A stretch of 62,246 nucleotides of DNA, counting the filler. It is 15 parts of 15 records of this genome, joined end to end, with 100 filler letters (N's around TTAATTAATTAA, not from the genome) between each part and the next. Parts side by side here need not be neighbours in the genome. Positions count along the whole stretch, not along the records: positions 32,328 to 36,177 come from SRR7504441_14984; positions 36,278 to 40,348 come from SRR7504441_14998; positions 40,449 to 43,696 come from SRR7504441_15000; positions 43,797 to 48,185 come from SRR7504441_15003; 11 more parts are not named here. One strand, given 5' to 3'. Position numbers and translations under genes: made by a program. The notes beneath the pieces were generated by a model. It worked only from the letters and a program-made list of their open reading frames with translations. It had not been told where the DNA came from and did not search any database. Shown here one piece after another: positions 34,408-46,900 of the stretch. The stretch's first letter is position 1. Every line of letters begins with the position of its first letter.

Positions 34408-36177
34408 TTACTGAGATAATGCACTCATTAAGCTGCGACGCCAGTAAGTCTCACCAGAGTCCGCTATATCGCTACTACTAGATCGCGATCGAACATCTAG
34501 CTCCACTTCCTCATGAGCAGCGGCCTTTGAATTCAATATTGACCTGGAGGTCGTCGACAACTTATGTTCGATGTTGGCCTTGGGTGCAACCTTCTTTTTC
34601 TTGGACCGAACTTGTGGAATTGGCCTTCTAGTTGTGTCTTCTACACCAAACGGAGTAGCTAGGACTTCTTCTGCATCAACGGAGACACTTAGCTGCGAGA
34701 CCGGTCCCTGAGGATCCAACCGCTCGAGCTTATCTTGTATGGTTTGAATCGCAGCTAGCTCAGTCTTTAGCTGCTCCACCCCGCACTTCTGATGTCGCTG
34801 TTTCAACTGTCGTCCCCACTCCTTCACCCAAGCCCCTGCCTCGTTAGCTTCCGCAATTCTCTCCTCCTCGGCGCGCGTGAGCCTCTCCTCGAGCGAGGAC
34901 ACCACTTGCTGCAATTCGCCATTTTGTCTCTCCTTGGCCAACAGCTCATGTGCCTGCTCGGCGCCTCGCTCTACAGCCGCTGAGTACCCGCTCTCCAACC
35001 GCTCTGTCAGCCCACTGTAGAATTGCATCCGATCCGCAAAGGCTGCTTGCAACTTGCGGGACTCCAAGCTGCCTGCCTGGTTGGCTTGCAGTAACCTGGC
35101 TTGCTGCTGTTTGGCCTGCTGGTACTGTGCCCGGGCCTGGCTTATCTGTGCCTCCAGCTGGCCGACCGATTGGACAGCCTCACGAGCGCGGACGAGCTCA
35201 GCTTCAGCTGTGCGCTGCTCTCTCCGTGCCTGGGACAGCTGCTCTCCAAGTGCTTGCACCTGCAGCTTGCCTTGGTCGGCCTCGAGCTGTAGCTGCTTGT
35301 GCGCATGCTCGTGCTCGGCCCTGGTTGCCTCCAGCTCCAACCTCATCTGCTCGGCTCGAGTCAGCGCGTGTGCCGTCTCCACTCTTAGCAGCTCCGCTCC
35401 CACCAAGCCCAGGGTGACAGCCCCCGGTGGCGGAGGAGGGACCACTGGTGGAAGGGTCGACTGGTGGAATTGTCTCTCAAGCTCTGCTGTCTCCTGCTCC
35501 AGCGCGCAGCTCCGCTCGCGCTTGGCCAGCTTGACCTCGAGCCCAGCTATATGCTGCTTTGCCTCATGCAGCGCCAGTCGGGTGCCACTGCGCTTGTTGA
35601 TCTGGCCTTTGTTGGACTGCGCAGTCTGCCTCGCCAACTGCTTGAGTTGAGCAGCCTGCCGCTGGCTTAAAGAATCTGATTGTTCCGGCTCCTTTGTCTG
35701 GTCCTCATCGCGTCCAGGTCGCGGTGCACATTCACTGGAGGGCGAGTACCACCTGTTGGCCTGCCTTAGCATCCTGCGCATCCTGGCAGACCCAGATTCC
35801 TTCTTGACAGGCCGCTCGGGAGGCGTCCTTACGACAGCCAAGTCCTTTCGCAGCTCTCCCACCAATTCGCTAGCCTGTTTTGCCTCTTGAGCGGCGTGCT
35901 GGTCGGCTTGTGCCCCCATGACGTGCAATTTGGCCTGGGCCTGTTCAACCTCTGCTTGCAACGTCTTCACCTGCGCGCCGGCCTCTTTTACCTTAACCTC
36001 GAGCTGCGTCGTCGTATCTGCCAACTGCAGCTCCAACGCATCGGTTTTCAGCTTGGCCTGCGCCTCGAGCTCTTGCTGGGCTTCGTGATAAGAGGTCGTG
36101 GCAGCATCGAGTTGCTTCTGCAGCTCCACAATCTGCCCCTTAGTTTCATCGACTTGCGATGACTTTGCTAGCAGCTG
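34408..36177 (-). CDS. Coiled-coil protein, 3' part (5'-truncated)
   Basis: More than 570 aa of Q/E/A/L-rich frame open from the contig edge. Confidence 0.7.
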   Translation of the reverse strand, partial: QLLAKSSQVDETKGQIVELQKQLDAATTSYHEAQQELEAQAKLKTDALELQLADTTTQLEVKVKEAGAQVKTLQAEVEQAQAKLHVMGAQADQHAAQEAKQASELVGELRKDLAVVRTPPERPVKKESGSARMRRMLRQANRWYSPSSECAPRPGRDEDQTKEPEQSDSLSQRQAAQLKQLARQTAQSNKGQINKRSGTRLALHEAKQHIAGLEVKLAKRERSCALEQETAELERQFHQSTLPPVVPPPPPGAVTLGLVGAELLRVETAHALTRAEQMRLELEATRAEHEHAHKQLQLEADQGKLQVQALGEQLSQARREQRTAEAELVRAREAVQSVGQLEAQISQARAQYQQAKQQQARLLQANQAGSLESRKLQAAFADRMQFYSGLTERLESGYSAAVERGAEQAHELLAKERQNGELQQVVSSLEERLTRAEEERIAEANEAGAWVKEWGRQLKQRHQKCGVEQLKTELAAIQTIQDKLERLDPQGPVSQLSVSVDAEEVLATPFGVEDTTRRPIPQVRSKKKKVAPKANIEHKLSTTSRSILNSKAAAHEEVELDVRSRSSSSDIADSGETYWRRSLMSALSQ

Positions 36178-36277
36178 NNNNNNNNNNNNNNNNNNNNNNN
36201 NNNNNNNNNNNNNNNNNNNNNTTAATTAATTAANNNNNNNNNNNNNNNNNNNNNNNNNNNNNNNNNNNNNNNNNNNN
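36178..36277. other. Artificial contig linker
   Basis: N44-TTAATTAATTAA-N44. Confidence 0.98.
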
Positions 36278-36324
36278 GGACGGGGCAAGTGCAAAGGGAT
36301 GCGAGGATCAATAAATGACTTCAA

Positions 36325-36344
36325 CTCTCTCTCTCTCTCTCTCT
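36325..36344. repeat. (CT)10 microsatellite
   Basis: Read directly from the sequence. Confidence 0.95.
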
Positions 36345-36667
36345 AACTAGTTCTGAACTAGTCCATACAAAGTTTGTAATCATAAATTCAGAGTAAATTC
36401 AGAGTCCATTTGAAGTACATTTGAACTGTAATTTAACCGTAGCCGTGAACAAATGGTAAGGCTGGGCACATTTCCAGCGCATTTCAAGAAAGCTCTTCGA
36501 AGGGTTATCCAAGGCATAGCTAGGTGTGTAACTCTTGTATAACTCTTGAAATGTGCTAGAAATGTGCCTAGAGGCGAGCATAGAGTTCAGCACTCCAGTC
36601 TACTATGGAGTCTTGATGGAGTCTTAGAGATGAGATTAGGTAGCATTAAAACGGCTTATATAACTTA

Positions 36668-39191
36668 CTAAAAGACAACGACTGTCTGGTTCGTTTCGAC
36701 CGGCAAGACCAAGGTTTGCCCCGTGGGCAGCTCTGCCGACACTCTATACTCGAAGTCATTCTGTGGGGTCGGAAGACTGGCCCAATAGACTTGTGAATGC
36801 ACCTTACCCGTGCGAGCGTCTGGCACAGGCTGCATGCTCACCGTTGCATCGCCAAGCTTGAGCACGACACGGCTCGGTTGGCTGGCCGACAGTACGACCA
36901 CCTCAAGCCTGAATTCCGGCTCTTGCCGACTGATCGCTGTTCTCACTGCGGTTCGATACATCCTTGGGGAGCCGCTGTATGTTCTGGCAGGCAGTAGCAA
37001 CGCACGCAGGGCAGGGGTGAGTCCGGCCAAGCTGCTGATTGTGGCGTTGAACTTGCTCGGCCAGTTGGCTCCTTCGTGAGCAGCGAGCATGCCCAGTTCG
37101 CCTGGCGAGGTGCTGATCTCTAGCAGCAAAGTTATCATTGTGACATATGCTCCCGATAACGCCTGTGCCAGCGGGAAAGTCTCATTGGGTGGCCTCTGAG
37201 CTTGCTGGGATAACTTTGCTGCAGCGTCACTCACGACTTGAGTCTGTCGATGGTACTGGAAAAGCTTCACCCATCGGGTCGCTCGCTCTATCTGCTCGGC
37301 CCCAGTCACGAGTGAGAGCCAATGCTCGAATCCGGTGACGTTCAAGAGCTCGGATGCGGCCACCGGCACCGGGTCCAATGGGCCTCCACAGCAGCCTTGA
37401 CCTTGCCGAGGAAGCTTGGACCCGCCGCTTGATACGCCTGTCCCTGGCACATGGACAGCGCTGAACGAGTCGGCTTTGAGGAACAGCGTCGCGCACAGCT
37501 CGGCAGTCGCGGCCCCGAAGTTGGCGGCACAAAAGTCCAGATACAGCTCGCGATCGGTCAAATCTGGCTCCCAGCCCGCGCGTGCCAGTGCCGAGATCTG
37601 CGGGGCGGTCTCCCAAGTGCGCCAAAGCAGCCCGAGCAGCCCCTCGGTGCCATACGCGCGGCTCTGCTCGGCAAACTCTAGCGTCCTGTTGACCCAGAGC
37701 TGGGCACCGGCGAGCGAGAGGTCGTCTTCCATCCACGGGATCGACCACGAGCGCGAGCCGTCCATCTGGGCATAGGCCGGGTCGGGAGGCAGCCAACCCA
37801 GTGCCCCGTTGATGGCGCTGACGATGAAGTCGGGCTGCTGGATCTCCTTATCAAAGAAGCTAGCATTGTCCCCCGGCCCGAGGCACCATCCAGATGTGCC
37901 CAGAGAAAAGCTTGCATTCACAGCACGAGCAGCAGCCTGCGCCACCTTAATCTCAGCCACCAGCGAGCCCCAGAGAGGATTGGCTTGCGGGAGTCCCTTG
38001 CCAGTTGCGTGGTTTTCAACGCCCTCGTTAGTCCATAGCCAGAATGTCTTGAGTGGGATGCCGGATGCAGCGATCCGGCCAAATATTCCCTCGTAAGCCG
38101 CCTGCAGGCTGGTGTTGGCAGGCAAGTTGGGTGGGAACGCCAGCGGGAATTCGACGCCGACTGCGCTGCTCACCCCATGATCAGCGGCCCAGCTGAACGC
38201 TCCCTTGATCAGCTGTGCTGCGTCATCAAACACCTGTGCAGACAGCTCTGGGCTGGTCGGGTAGCAGCCAGTCGCTTGTGCTGCCGAGCCGTAGCAGTCT
38301 CGGCTGAAAATCTGACTGGCGCCACAGCAGTAGCTGGACGTGGTACGTGAGTGGTATCCCGGCACGTTCCCGCGTGCCTGGTGGGTGCCCGTGGCCCAAA
38401 AGTCGGTGGTCAGGTACCAAGAACTCTCATAAGCGCCCACGGCCGGGTCGATCCTGCCATTCGAGCTATTGTAGCCGCGCTCAGTCCCGATCCAAACTAA
38501 TGGCTCAGCTATGGTCGGGCCCTCCGGCTTGGTTGGGTACTGCACAGGCAGGTCAGTCAGGTACGCTACAGCAATCACCGTGTGGAAGCCCCAGTAGTTG
38601 AGCTTCATTTTGGCCATTTGGCTGGCCAGCTGCTTCCAGTACTCGGGCTGCCACCAGTCCGGGCCCATGGGAAAGTCGTGGAATGGCTGCACGCCGCGCA
38701 CCGCGAACCGCGGCCGGTAGAACCGCGCCCCCTGCGGCAACCGCAGTCCGGGGTCGGCCGGCGGCAGCGCGTCGCCATGCAGGTAGAACCTGGCGCCGAG
38801 CTGCTCGAGCAGGCTGTACGCGCAGTAGAGCACCGCCCGGCCGGAGTTGCCGGTGCAGGCCACCAGTCGGGGGCCGATCGAATCGATCAGGTGCGCATCC
38901 GGCTGCCCGCCCAGCCGCTCGAGGAGCCTAGCGTGCGAGCTGTTCAGCCCGGCCAATGCCGCCTGAAGCCGGTGCCCCCGCCGAAGCAGGAGCACGGTGC
39001 GGTCCCCGGTGGCGAGCTGGTCCAGCGTGTGGATGGTGCGGGCGGGCACCGGGGCGCCCCGGAGCAGCCGCAGGTAGCGGGCGGCCTCGCGCAGGGCCAG
39101 CGCCTCGGGCGTGCTCGCATCTACCGGCCCGACCACCGACCAGCCGGCCGCACCCGTCGCGGACAACGAGATACAGCACTAGACGGAGCAT
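36668..39191 (-). CDS. Secreted glycoside-hydrolase-like protein; frameshift in the signal peptide region
   Basis: AARYLRLL..GRAVLYCAYSLLEQLGARFYLHGD is typical of the N-terminal domain of GH20/67/89/115-type enzymes; then RGVQPFHDFPMGPDWW..QMAKMKLNYWGFHT/YP; ATG 39191 (MLRLVLYL) is out of frame with the 832-aa ORF. Confidence 0.65.
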
Positions 39192-39436
39192 GCTCGCTGC
39201 GTCACGGCCAAGGAAGACTCGGCTCACAACCTCACTGGCACACCTGCATGGTGCCACCAATCGACCAATGAACGAATGTTATTTCATGAATAATAGTTAT
39301 GTTTGATCGCGATCACGCACACGCCGCACATTGCGTGCTCCAGGTGCTCTAAATTAGCTCTAACTGCACCCACGTCGCCCAGGCTCAGCTCGCTTTCATC
39401 GCTTTCGAGCGCCCCGGGCTCTAGCCTCATCATCGG

Positions 39437-40348
39437 TCATCTGCGGTCATATCGGTCATAGCTATCGCGTCGGCGGTCCCTGTCGTCTCTATCGTAGTCC
39501 CGCCGGCGGTCCCTGTCGTAGCCTCTGTCCCTGTCGTGGTCCCGCCGCGAGTCCCGCCTGCCCTGACTCGCCCCTCCCCCCGGCCCTGCCCACCTCCTGT
39601 CCCTGCTCCTGTCCCGGTCATCCCGGCGTGGCGACCTGCTCCCATCTCACCGCCGGCACCCGACCCGGCACCCACCGGTGTCGCGGCCTGTCCCGATCCT
39701 GACTCGGCTGCCGCTCCTGCCGGGCCGGCTCCTGTCTGCCATACCTGCGCCGGCTCGGAAGAGCTGTGGACGCAGGGCACCCCGGCACGCCTTTGGGCGG
39801 GTTCTTGGCCCTCAGCTCCACCAGCTTGTCCCGAATCTGCTTCCAGCCCTGGTACTGCCGGCCGGCCTGCAGGTCGCGTATCCGGGCCTCGTTGTCCGTG
39901 GTCGAGTAGATCAGCCCCGAGACCTGGCCCACCCGTCAGCCCCGTCACACACACCAGCCACCTCGCACACAAACTGCCGCTTCTGGTCCGGCGGGGTGGC
40001 GGACCGCTCGATCGCCTCCTTCTGCTCCCGGAGCTGCTCGGCCTGCTGGTGCAGCGCCAGCGATCCATCAATGTCGCCCTCCTCTCCTAGCTGCTCCGAT
40101 TTCTTCTGGAGTTCCATGATCTGCAGGTTGAGCTCGGCCACCTTGGTCGCCTCCTCCTGCCCCGGGCTCGCCCCCTGCCCCGGGCTGGCCGCACCGGCCC
40201 GAGCAGCTGGGACGGGTCGGCGGTCTCGACCCGCTCCTTGGTCTTTTGAACCTTCTTGTCCATCTCAGCCACCAGTTGTTCAAGATGGTCCTTCAGCAGC
40301 CACTCGAACCCATACTTGTCCTGCCCTCGCTCTGCACCCCCCCCCCCC
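39437..40348 (-). CDS. LUC7: LUC7-family U1 snRNP-associated splicing factor (5'-truncated; multi-exon)
   Basis: SEQLGEEGDIDGSL, QFVCE/VSGLIYSTTDNEARIRDLQAGRQYQGWKQIRDKL, RD/RS-rich tail; stop 39437-39439. Confidence 0.8.
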
Positions 40349-40448
40349 NNNNNNNNNNNNNNNNNNNNNNNNNNNNNNNNNNNNNNNNNNNNTTAATTAA
40401 TTAANNNNNNNNNNNNNNNNNNNNNNNNNNNNNNNNNNNNNNNNNNNN
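40349..40448. other. Artificial contig linker
   Basis: N44-TTAATTAATTAA-N44. Confidence 0.98.
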
Positions 40449-43400
40449 CCTCCCGATCTGCTGCGAGTGCTGCTCTCTCAGGCTGGCATGCTGATTGGTC
40501 GCCCTGCTCAGTTCGGCCGCCTTCTCCTCCAGATTGGCGTCCAGCTGCGCCACTCGCTCCCTCGCTAGCTCGAGTTCCCTCTGCATCTCCACTACCTGCA
40601 GCTCGAGCCCGCCCACACCCGGGCTCCGCCGGTTAAGTTTGGCCTCCCTCAACTCGTCCTCTAGCTTCATCTTGTCCAGTTTGAGCTCGTCCTGCGCATG
40701 GACAGCCAGCCGCAGATCTTTCTCCATCGCGGCCGCCCGAGCTCGCTCCTTGTCGAGCTCGTCAAACTCCACTTGGAGGGAGCGGGCCGCATCCAGCTCG
40801 CCCTTGACCGCCTCGGCCCTGCCCCGCTCCCGCTCGATCTGAGCATTGAATTGATCGCGCATCTCGGCGCTGCATGCGACCGCTACCGTCTTTCTCCAGA
40901 TGCCAACTTTTTCGCCAGCGTACGCATTGGCTGATCGAGTCATGTAACGCAGCAGCTGGCGCATGGCCATGGCCTTCTGCTCCTCAGGGTTCTGCTTGAG
41001 GACTGCCAGCTTAGTGGCCATCTCTCCAAGTAGCCGGTCGGCCTTGGCAGTGTGAAGCCCGGCCTCCCACTGCTTGATAGCGCCCTGCTGCACCGACACG
41101 CGCATCCTGGTCAGCACCAGCTTGAGCATCTTCATTCCTCGAGCCATCGTCTCTGCCCGCGTGCGCGGCCCCAGCTGCGCCTCGAGCTCGGATACCCGCA
41201 GGTTCCTGATTCGCAGCTGCTTCTGGACCTCACTCAGCTCGCCCAGCTCGGCGGCAGACTGGGCGCGCAGCTGCTCCAGCTGGATTGTCTGCTCCTTGTA
41301 CAGATCGCGCATATGCCCCAACTTGTCCTGCAGCTCGTCGACCTCCTCGTGCTTGCCAGAGAGCGCCAGCGTTCGCTGCAGCTGATATTGCGCCTGCTGC
41401 AGCTCCCGATTTTCGACGGTCGCCTGCTGCAGCTGGTCTGCAGTCCCCGACAGCTCAGCCATCAACGCCTCGATCTGCTCGGACTGAGCCTGCATCTTAG
41501 CACTCGAGCCCTCCCCGCCTTGGAATGCCCGCGCCTGGTCTTCGATCTCCTGAAGCAGCCGCTGGGTCTGGTCGCCCTCAAGCACATTCCGGAGTGCACT
41601 CACCTGAACTTCCTTCTCTTGCAGCTGCACGGCCGCCTCGGTCTCCACCTGCGCCAGGCATGTCCTGAGCCGCCGGCACTCGTCCGTAGCGGCCTGCAAC
41701 TGGGCATCCTTCTCCACAGTGGCCGCCTGGAGCTCGCGCCGATGGCTCTGCTCGGCCTGCTCTGCGTCTCTCACGATCGAATCCAATTCGATCCGGCTCT
41801 CGTCTGTGGTCTTGGCCACAATCGCAAGCAGCTTGCTGTGCTGCAGCTTGGCCTCCTCCAGCTGCTGCCTGGTCAACTCCATCTCCTCCTCGGTGTACTG
41901 CTTGTCCGCGCCCAACTGGACCTGCACCTGCGCCTCGTCTGCCTCCTTCCTCAATTCATGCATGGCCCTCTGCTGCTCCCGCATTCGCGCCCTGGCCCGG
42001 TACTCAGCCCCGGCCTGGCCAGGCTGGCACCGCTCCATCTGAAGCTCCTCGTTGGCCGCAGCTAGCTGCGAGTGGAGCTGAGAGATCATGGCCGAGTACT
42101 GGTTAGTTGCCTCAAGCTCCTCCTCCACACTCTCGCTCCGGGCCTGCAGCGCCTTCCTCGCCGCCTGCAGCTCTTGCTTGAGCCGCACCCGCTCCTTTGC
42201 CCAGCCCACCTGCCGCCAGTCAGCCCGGCGAGCAGCCAGGCGCCACCTGGGCCGCATCGAACTGCTCTTGCCGCTCTCGCAGCTCCTGCCTTTCGAGCTC
42301 TAGCGCCTCTTCATAAGAGCCAGGGTCCTCGACCGCCGCTTCCGTCTGCCCAATATCACGCAGCCGCATCTCCAGGATCGTCCCGTGCGCGAGCTCGTAC
42401 TCGGAGAGGGCGGACTCGGGGTGCATTGGTCTGTCCTGCACCAGCAGCTGGAAGGCGGTGATGGGGATCCGGGTGCACTCAGCGAGCTCCTCCATCAGCA
42501 GCGACACCGGCTGCCCGCTGGCCGCCTCCAGCACCACATTCGGCAGCCCGGGTACAAGCACCGTCAGCTGCAGAGGGACCCTTGCTGCGGCCCGGCGTGT
42601 ATTACCCGGGGTCCACCCACCACTCGCTCCAGGCCTGCTCACCGCCAGCGCTTCTGTGTCAGACCAGCCGCGCCCTGACGCAGCCTGCGCCGGAGCTGCC
42701 GGCTTGGGAGGTGGCGGCTGGCTGGCCATGTGTGCCTCAAACTCGTCTCTATCGATCACCCCGTCACTGTTTGTGTCCATTCGGTCGAACAGCCCCTGCA
42801 CTTGATCGTGCATGCTGGCCATCCCGCGCGCGAACCCCTCCTGCAGCGTTGACTGGATCCCCCCAATCAGCCCCTCCGGCTCCGGCTCCCGGCGCCCCCG
42901 CGGCTGTGACTGGGCTCGAGGGCCTCCGTGTGGCGCCTGATTCATTGCAGGTCTGTGGGCGGCCGACAACTCTCCGTTCTCGGGCGGCCGGTTCCGCGGA
43001 ACTGACCGGGCCCGGTGCTGTATCTCGTTCCCAGTCGGCCCGGTGTTCATCACGGCGTGCTCGCCTCGCCGGCTCCTTATCCGTGCCGACTCCCTCGCAC
43101 CCAAGCCGACCGGCTGTGGCACTGGCGGCCCAGTTGGCCGAGGGGGAGGGGGCTCGGCGGCAGTAATTGGGCTGATTGGGCGCGGGTCCGGCTGGATCAC
43201 ACCCAGAACGCTCCCAGCCACCCTCACCAGCTGCGGCGAATCCCCCTGCTCCCGCGGCCGCAGCCTGCCCGGCAACGCCACCGGTCGTGGCACCGGAAGC
43301 GCTGGCGAGCCGCCGCGAGCCGCGGGAGCGGATGTGCGCGGGAGCAGCGCCGGCGCGTCCAGCCGGGGCTGAGCCGGCATCCGCCTGGCCTCCGGCGGCG

Positions 43401-43696
43401 GGCGTGCCGGTTCCGGCTCGGGCGACTGCCTGCGGCGGGTAAGGTACTCCGCCACCACCTGACCAGGTTTTGGGGGCGGGCGGGCGGCGGGAGGGCACCG
43501 CGGGGTTTTGCTCGAGCTGGGCCACCCGGGCTCGGATCTTTTCACGCTTCTTCTGCCACGAGTCACCCATCAAGACCGCCGCCGCCCCTCAAAGCATGGC
43601 CCAGCCGAGTGCAGGCACTGCAGCTGCAACGGCCACTGCAACTGAAGCATGCCCGACCTGGTCGCGCGGCTGGACGACCACGTGCTCGGGCTGTGC
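40449..43696 (-). CDS. EF-hand + ubiquitin-like domain + long coiled-coil protein (truncated; multi-exon)
   Basis: EF loop DTNSDGVIDRDEF; UBL-like IPITAFQLLVQDRPMHPESALSEYELAHGTILEMRLR; about 600-aa coiled coil downstream. Confidence 0.7.
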
Positions 43697-43796
43697 NNNN
43701 NNNNNNNNNNNNNNNNNNNNNNNNNNNNNNNNNNNNNNNNTTAATTAATTAANNNNNNNNNNNNNNNNNNNNNNNNNNNNNNNNNNNNNNNNNNNN
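43697..43796. other. Artificial contig linker
   Basis: N44-TTAATTAATTAA-N44. Confidence 0.98.
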
Positions 43797-43923
43797 CCAG
43801 GTGGGGTCTGAGCGCACATTAGACAATGACAGACTGACGCGAGTCTCATCGGGAAAATTTGTCTGAGAAAAGGAACCTGCATGGACACAGCGTCGGAGGT
43901 GCGTGTGTGAGCTGCAGCGGGGG

Positions 43924-46900
43924 ATGAGCCTGCTGGGACCGACCGAGTTCCTGACCGGGCCCAAGCGCTCGGCCAGCACCGCCGCCCAGATCCCGATGTT
44001 CGACGAGGTCGAAGACCCGGGGAAGAAGCAGCGGAAGGCCGCGAAGAAGGAGAAGCTGAAGGCCGACAAGGAGAAGCTCAAGCGCAGCAAGAAAAAGAAG
44101 GAGAAGACCGCTGGTGCACTGCACCTGTCAGACCTGGCTGACCTGTGCTGCAGCGGACCCGCTGGCCGGCACTGCTGCTGACAAGGATCCGGCGGGACGG
44201 GCGCTGTCGCGGAATCGGCGGAAGGCCGTGACTGCCAACGAGGAGTGGGAGCGGACGCAGCGGAACAGCGGCTTTCGGCAGGAGAGCAGCCCGACGGAGC
44301 TGGAGGTTGAGGCGATCGACGCCTCGCAGTCGCAGGGCGAGCGCTCACTCGATATGTAAACCGGCCCGGGGCCAGCCGCCGAGGGTGGGCAGGGTGATCA
44401 AGACCTCGGCCACGGCTGCCCGACCGCCTACTGGGGCTGCGGCGGGCACTCCGACCATGCTGGGGAGCACGCTGGTGGTGGATGAGCCGATAGAGGAGCT
44501 GGCCGAGGAGATCGACGAGTACGAGTTCGACCAGTTTGAGCCCGAGCCGCAACCGTCGCCCCCAAGGACAAAGTCGCCCGAGGTGGCCTCGCCCAAGGGC
44601 CGCGACAGCTTTGTGAGCCTGCCTGCTCCGCCCGACGAGCAGCAAGAGCAGCAGCTGACGAGGTGGCTGCCCTCCAGTGCTGGGCAAGCAGGCGGCAGTG
44701 CGCGCGAGATGGCGGCCTCGCACCTGCAGGCAAACGAGCAGCTCCGCCAGCAGAACGGCCAGCTGAGTGACCGAATCCGCCAGCTCGAGCAGGAGGTGCC
44801 CGCCCGGTGTGGCCGTTCGGCCAGCGCGCGGCACAGGTGTTGTCTGCTGGGCGGAATGGGCCAAGCACTGTGCAGAGCCCAGGCGAGCTCGAGCTGGCGG
44901 CCGAGGTGCGGCTGGGCCGGCCGGGCTGAGGGCGGGCAGTGCGAGCAGCTGCGGCAGAGCAACGCGGCACGGGACCAGCAGCTGAGAGCAGACGAGCGCC
45001 GGCTGGAGCAGCTCGAGAAGCAGCTTAAGGACGAGGCAGCCGAGTGGGCCGGCCGGGCTGAGGCAAGGGGGGCAGGTGGCGCTGCGCGGGCGGGTGGAGG
45101 CCGAGCTGCAGGCGCAGCTTGACAGGGCGCACGACGAGCTGGACAGACTGAACAAGAAGCTTGTCGAGCCGGACATAGCCAGCCAGCGCCGGCTAGAGGC
45201 TTCCGAGAAAGAGACAGACCGCCTGCGCAGCACGCTGGCAGACCTGCGCGAGGAGCAGCGGACCGAGCGGACCGACCAGCGGGCGGCGCTTGACACGGCG
45301 ATACGCGAGAAGCAGCAGGCCGAGTCGGAGGCGGCCAGGCGTGTGCGGGATCTTGAGCAGGCGCAGGCCACCAAGCTGGAAGAGCAGGCCACAGCCGCAA
45401 AGCAGGACGCGAGCAGCCAGCTCGAACATGAGAGCGCCAAGCATGCGAAGGAGCAGGCTGAGCTCTCCCGCCAGCTGGCGCACGCCGAGGCGCTGCGGGA
45501 GCAGGCGGTGGCTGCGCTGGACGGGGCGAGTGCGAGCAACCAGAGCCAGCTGGACGCGGCCCGGGCGGAGGCTGAGGCTCAGCTGGAGGTGACTCGAAAG
45601 TTCTACGAGGCTGAGATCGCCAAGCGGAGCCACGAGCCGGTGACCGGACCGCAGCTGAACGAGCTGATCGCCAAGGCAGCTAGCTGGCTGGGCTGAGCTG
45701 AGAGCCCGGCAGGTGGAGAACTCGTCGCGCGGAATGGAGCAGGTGAGCGCCCGGCTCCAGTTAGGCCAGAGCCAGCTCGAGCACTCGCAGATCGATTCGC
45801 GCCAGGTGAGGCTCCCGCCCGGCCGAGCGAGGTTGGGGCAGGCGCAGCAGGCCTCTCTCGATCAGCTGGCCGAGCGGCTGCGACACGAGCAGATCACTCT
45901 CGAGGAGCAGAAGATCGCGCTCCAGGGCGCAGTGGCCACGCTCGAACAGCGCGCCACCGCAGCTCGTGAGGAGGCGGCCCAGCACAATATCCGGACCAAG
46001 GCAGAGATGGCCCAGATCAAGAACATGCAGAGCTCGCTCGACGCCGAGCTCCAGCTGGCTCAGAACATGCGAGAGCAAGCGGCCGCTGCCGTCCATAGCG
46101 AGAGGGCGCAGGCCATCCAGCAGGCAGATCGCGAGCGGTCCGCGATCCGGGATGAGCGGGATGCGGCGGCGGCGATCAAGCTGGAGGCCGAGCGGGAGCA
46201 GATGAGCCTGAACAGGGCCAAGGCGCACCTGGCCTCGAGCCAAGAGGCGGCAGAACGGCAGTGGGAGCGTCGCGAGGCCGAGTTGAGTCAGATGGAGAGC
46301 AAGGTGCCTCCGGGGCGGAGCGGGCCGAGCGAGGGCAGGCCGAGCAGGATCAGGCCCAGAGCGAGCTGGTGCTCAGACAGGCCGAGCGGGACGCCGCCAA
46401 GGCACGCCCGAGGCTCCGGCCAACCAACTTGTGGCAGGCGGCGGCTGAGCTGGCGGCGGCGGCCTCCGAGCGGAGTGTGCTCCAGGATAAGGCCATAGAG
46501 CTCACTGAGCTGGGTGCCGGCTGGCCGGGGCCAGTCTGAGCCCGGGGCAGGCCGGTCTGTGCAGGCCCAGTCCGAGCTGCTGGTGCAGCTGCGGCGGGAG
46601 GCTGAGCAGCTGGCGGCGAGCGGGCAGAGCAAGCTGAGCCAGGCGGCACAGATGCGCAGCTCGACTGAGGAGGAGTTGGACAAGCTGCAGCGCGACACCA
46701 GGAACCTCTCCGAGCTCCGCAGCCAGCAGGAGCGGGTGCCAGCCCATAGCACCAGACTCTCACTGGGCGCAGGAGAAGCTAGAGCTAGTGTCAATCCGGA
46801 GCGTGGCCCGCCAGTCGGTGCGTGCGCTTATACGCCAGCCCCGAGCGGCAGGCAGGTCCAGAGCAAAGTGCAGCTGCAGCTGCCACCAGTGGGGCTGCCG

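Noticed and set aside
43749-45539. Long antisense ORFs (also 60060-61247, 41052-42065, 13261-14223) as overlapping genes
   Set aside because: Expected shadows of GC-rich, codon-biased genes; the translations show no domains.
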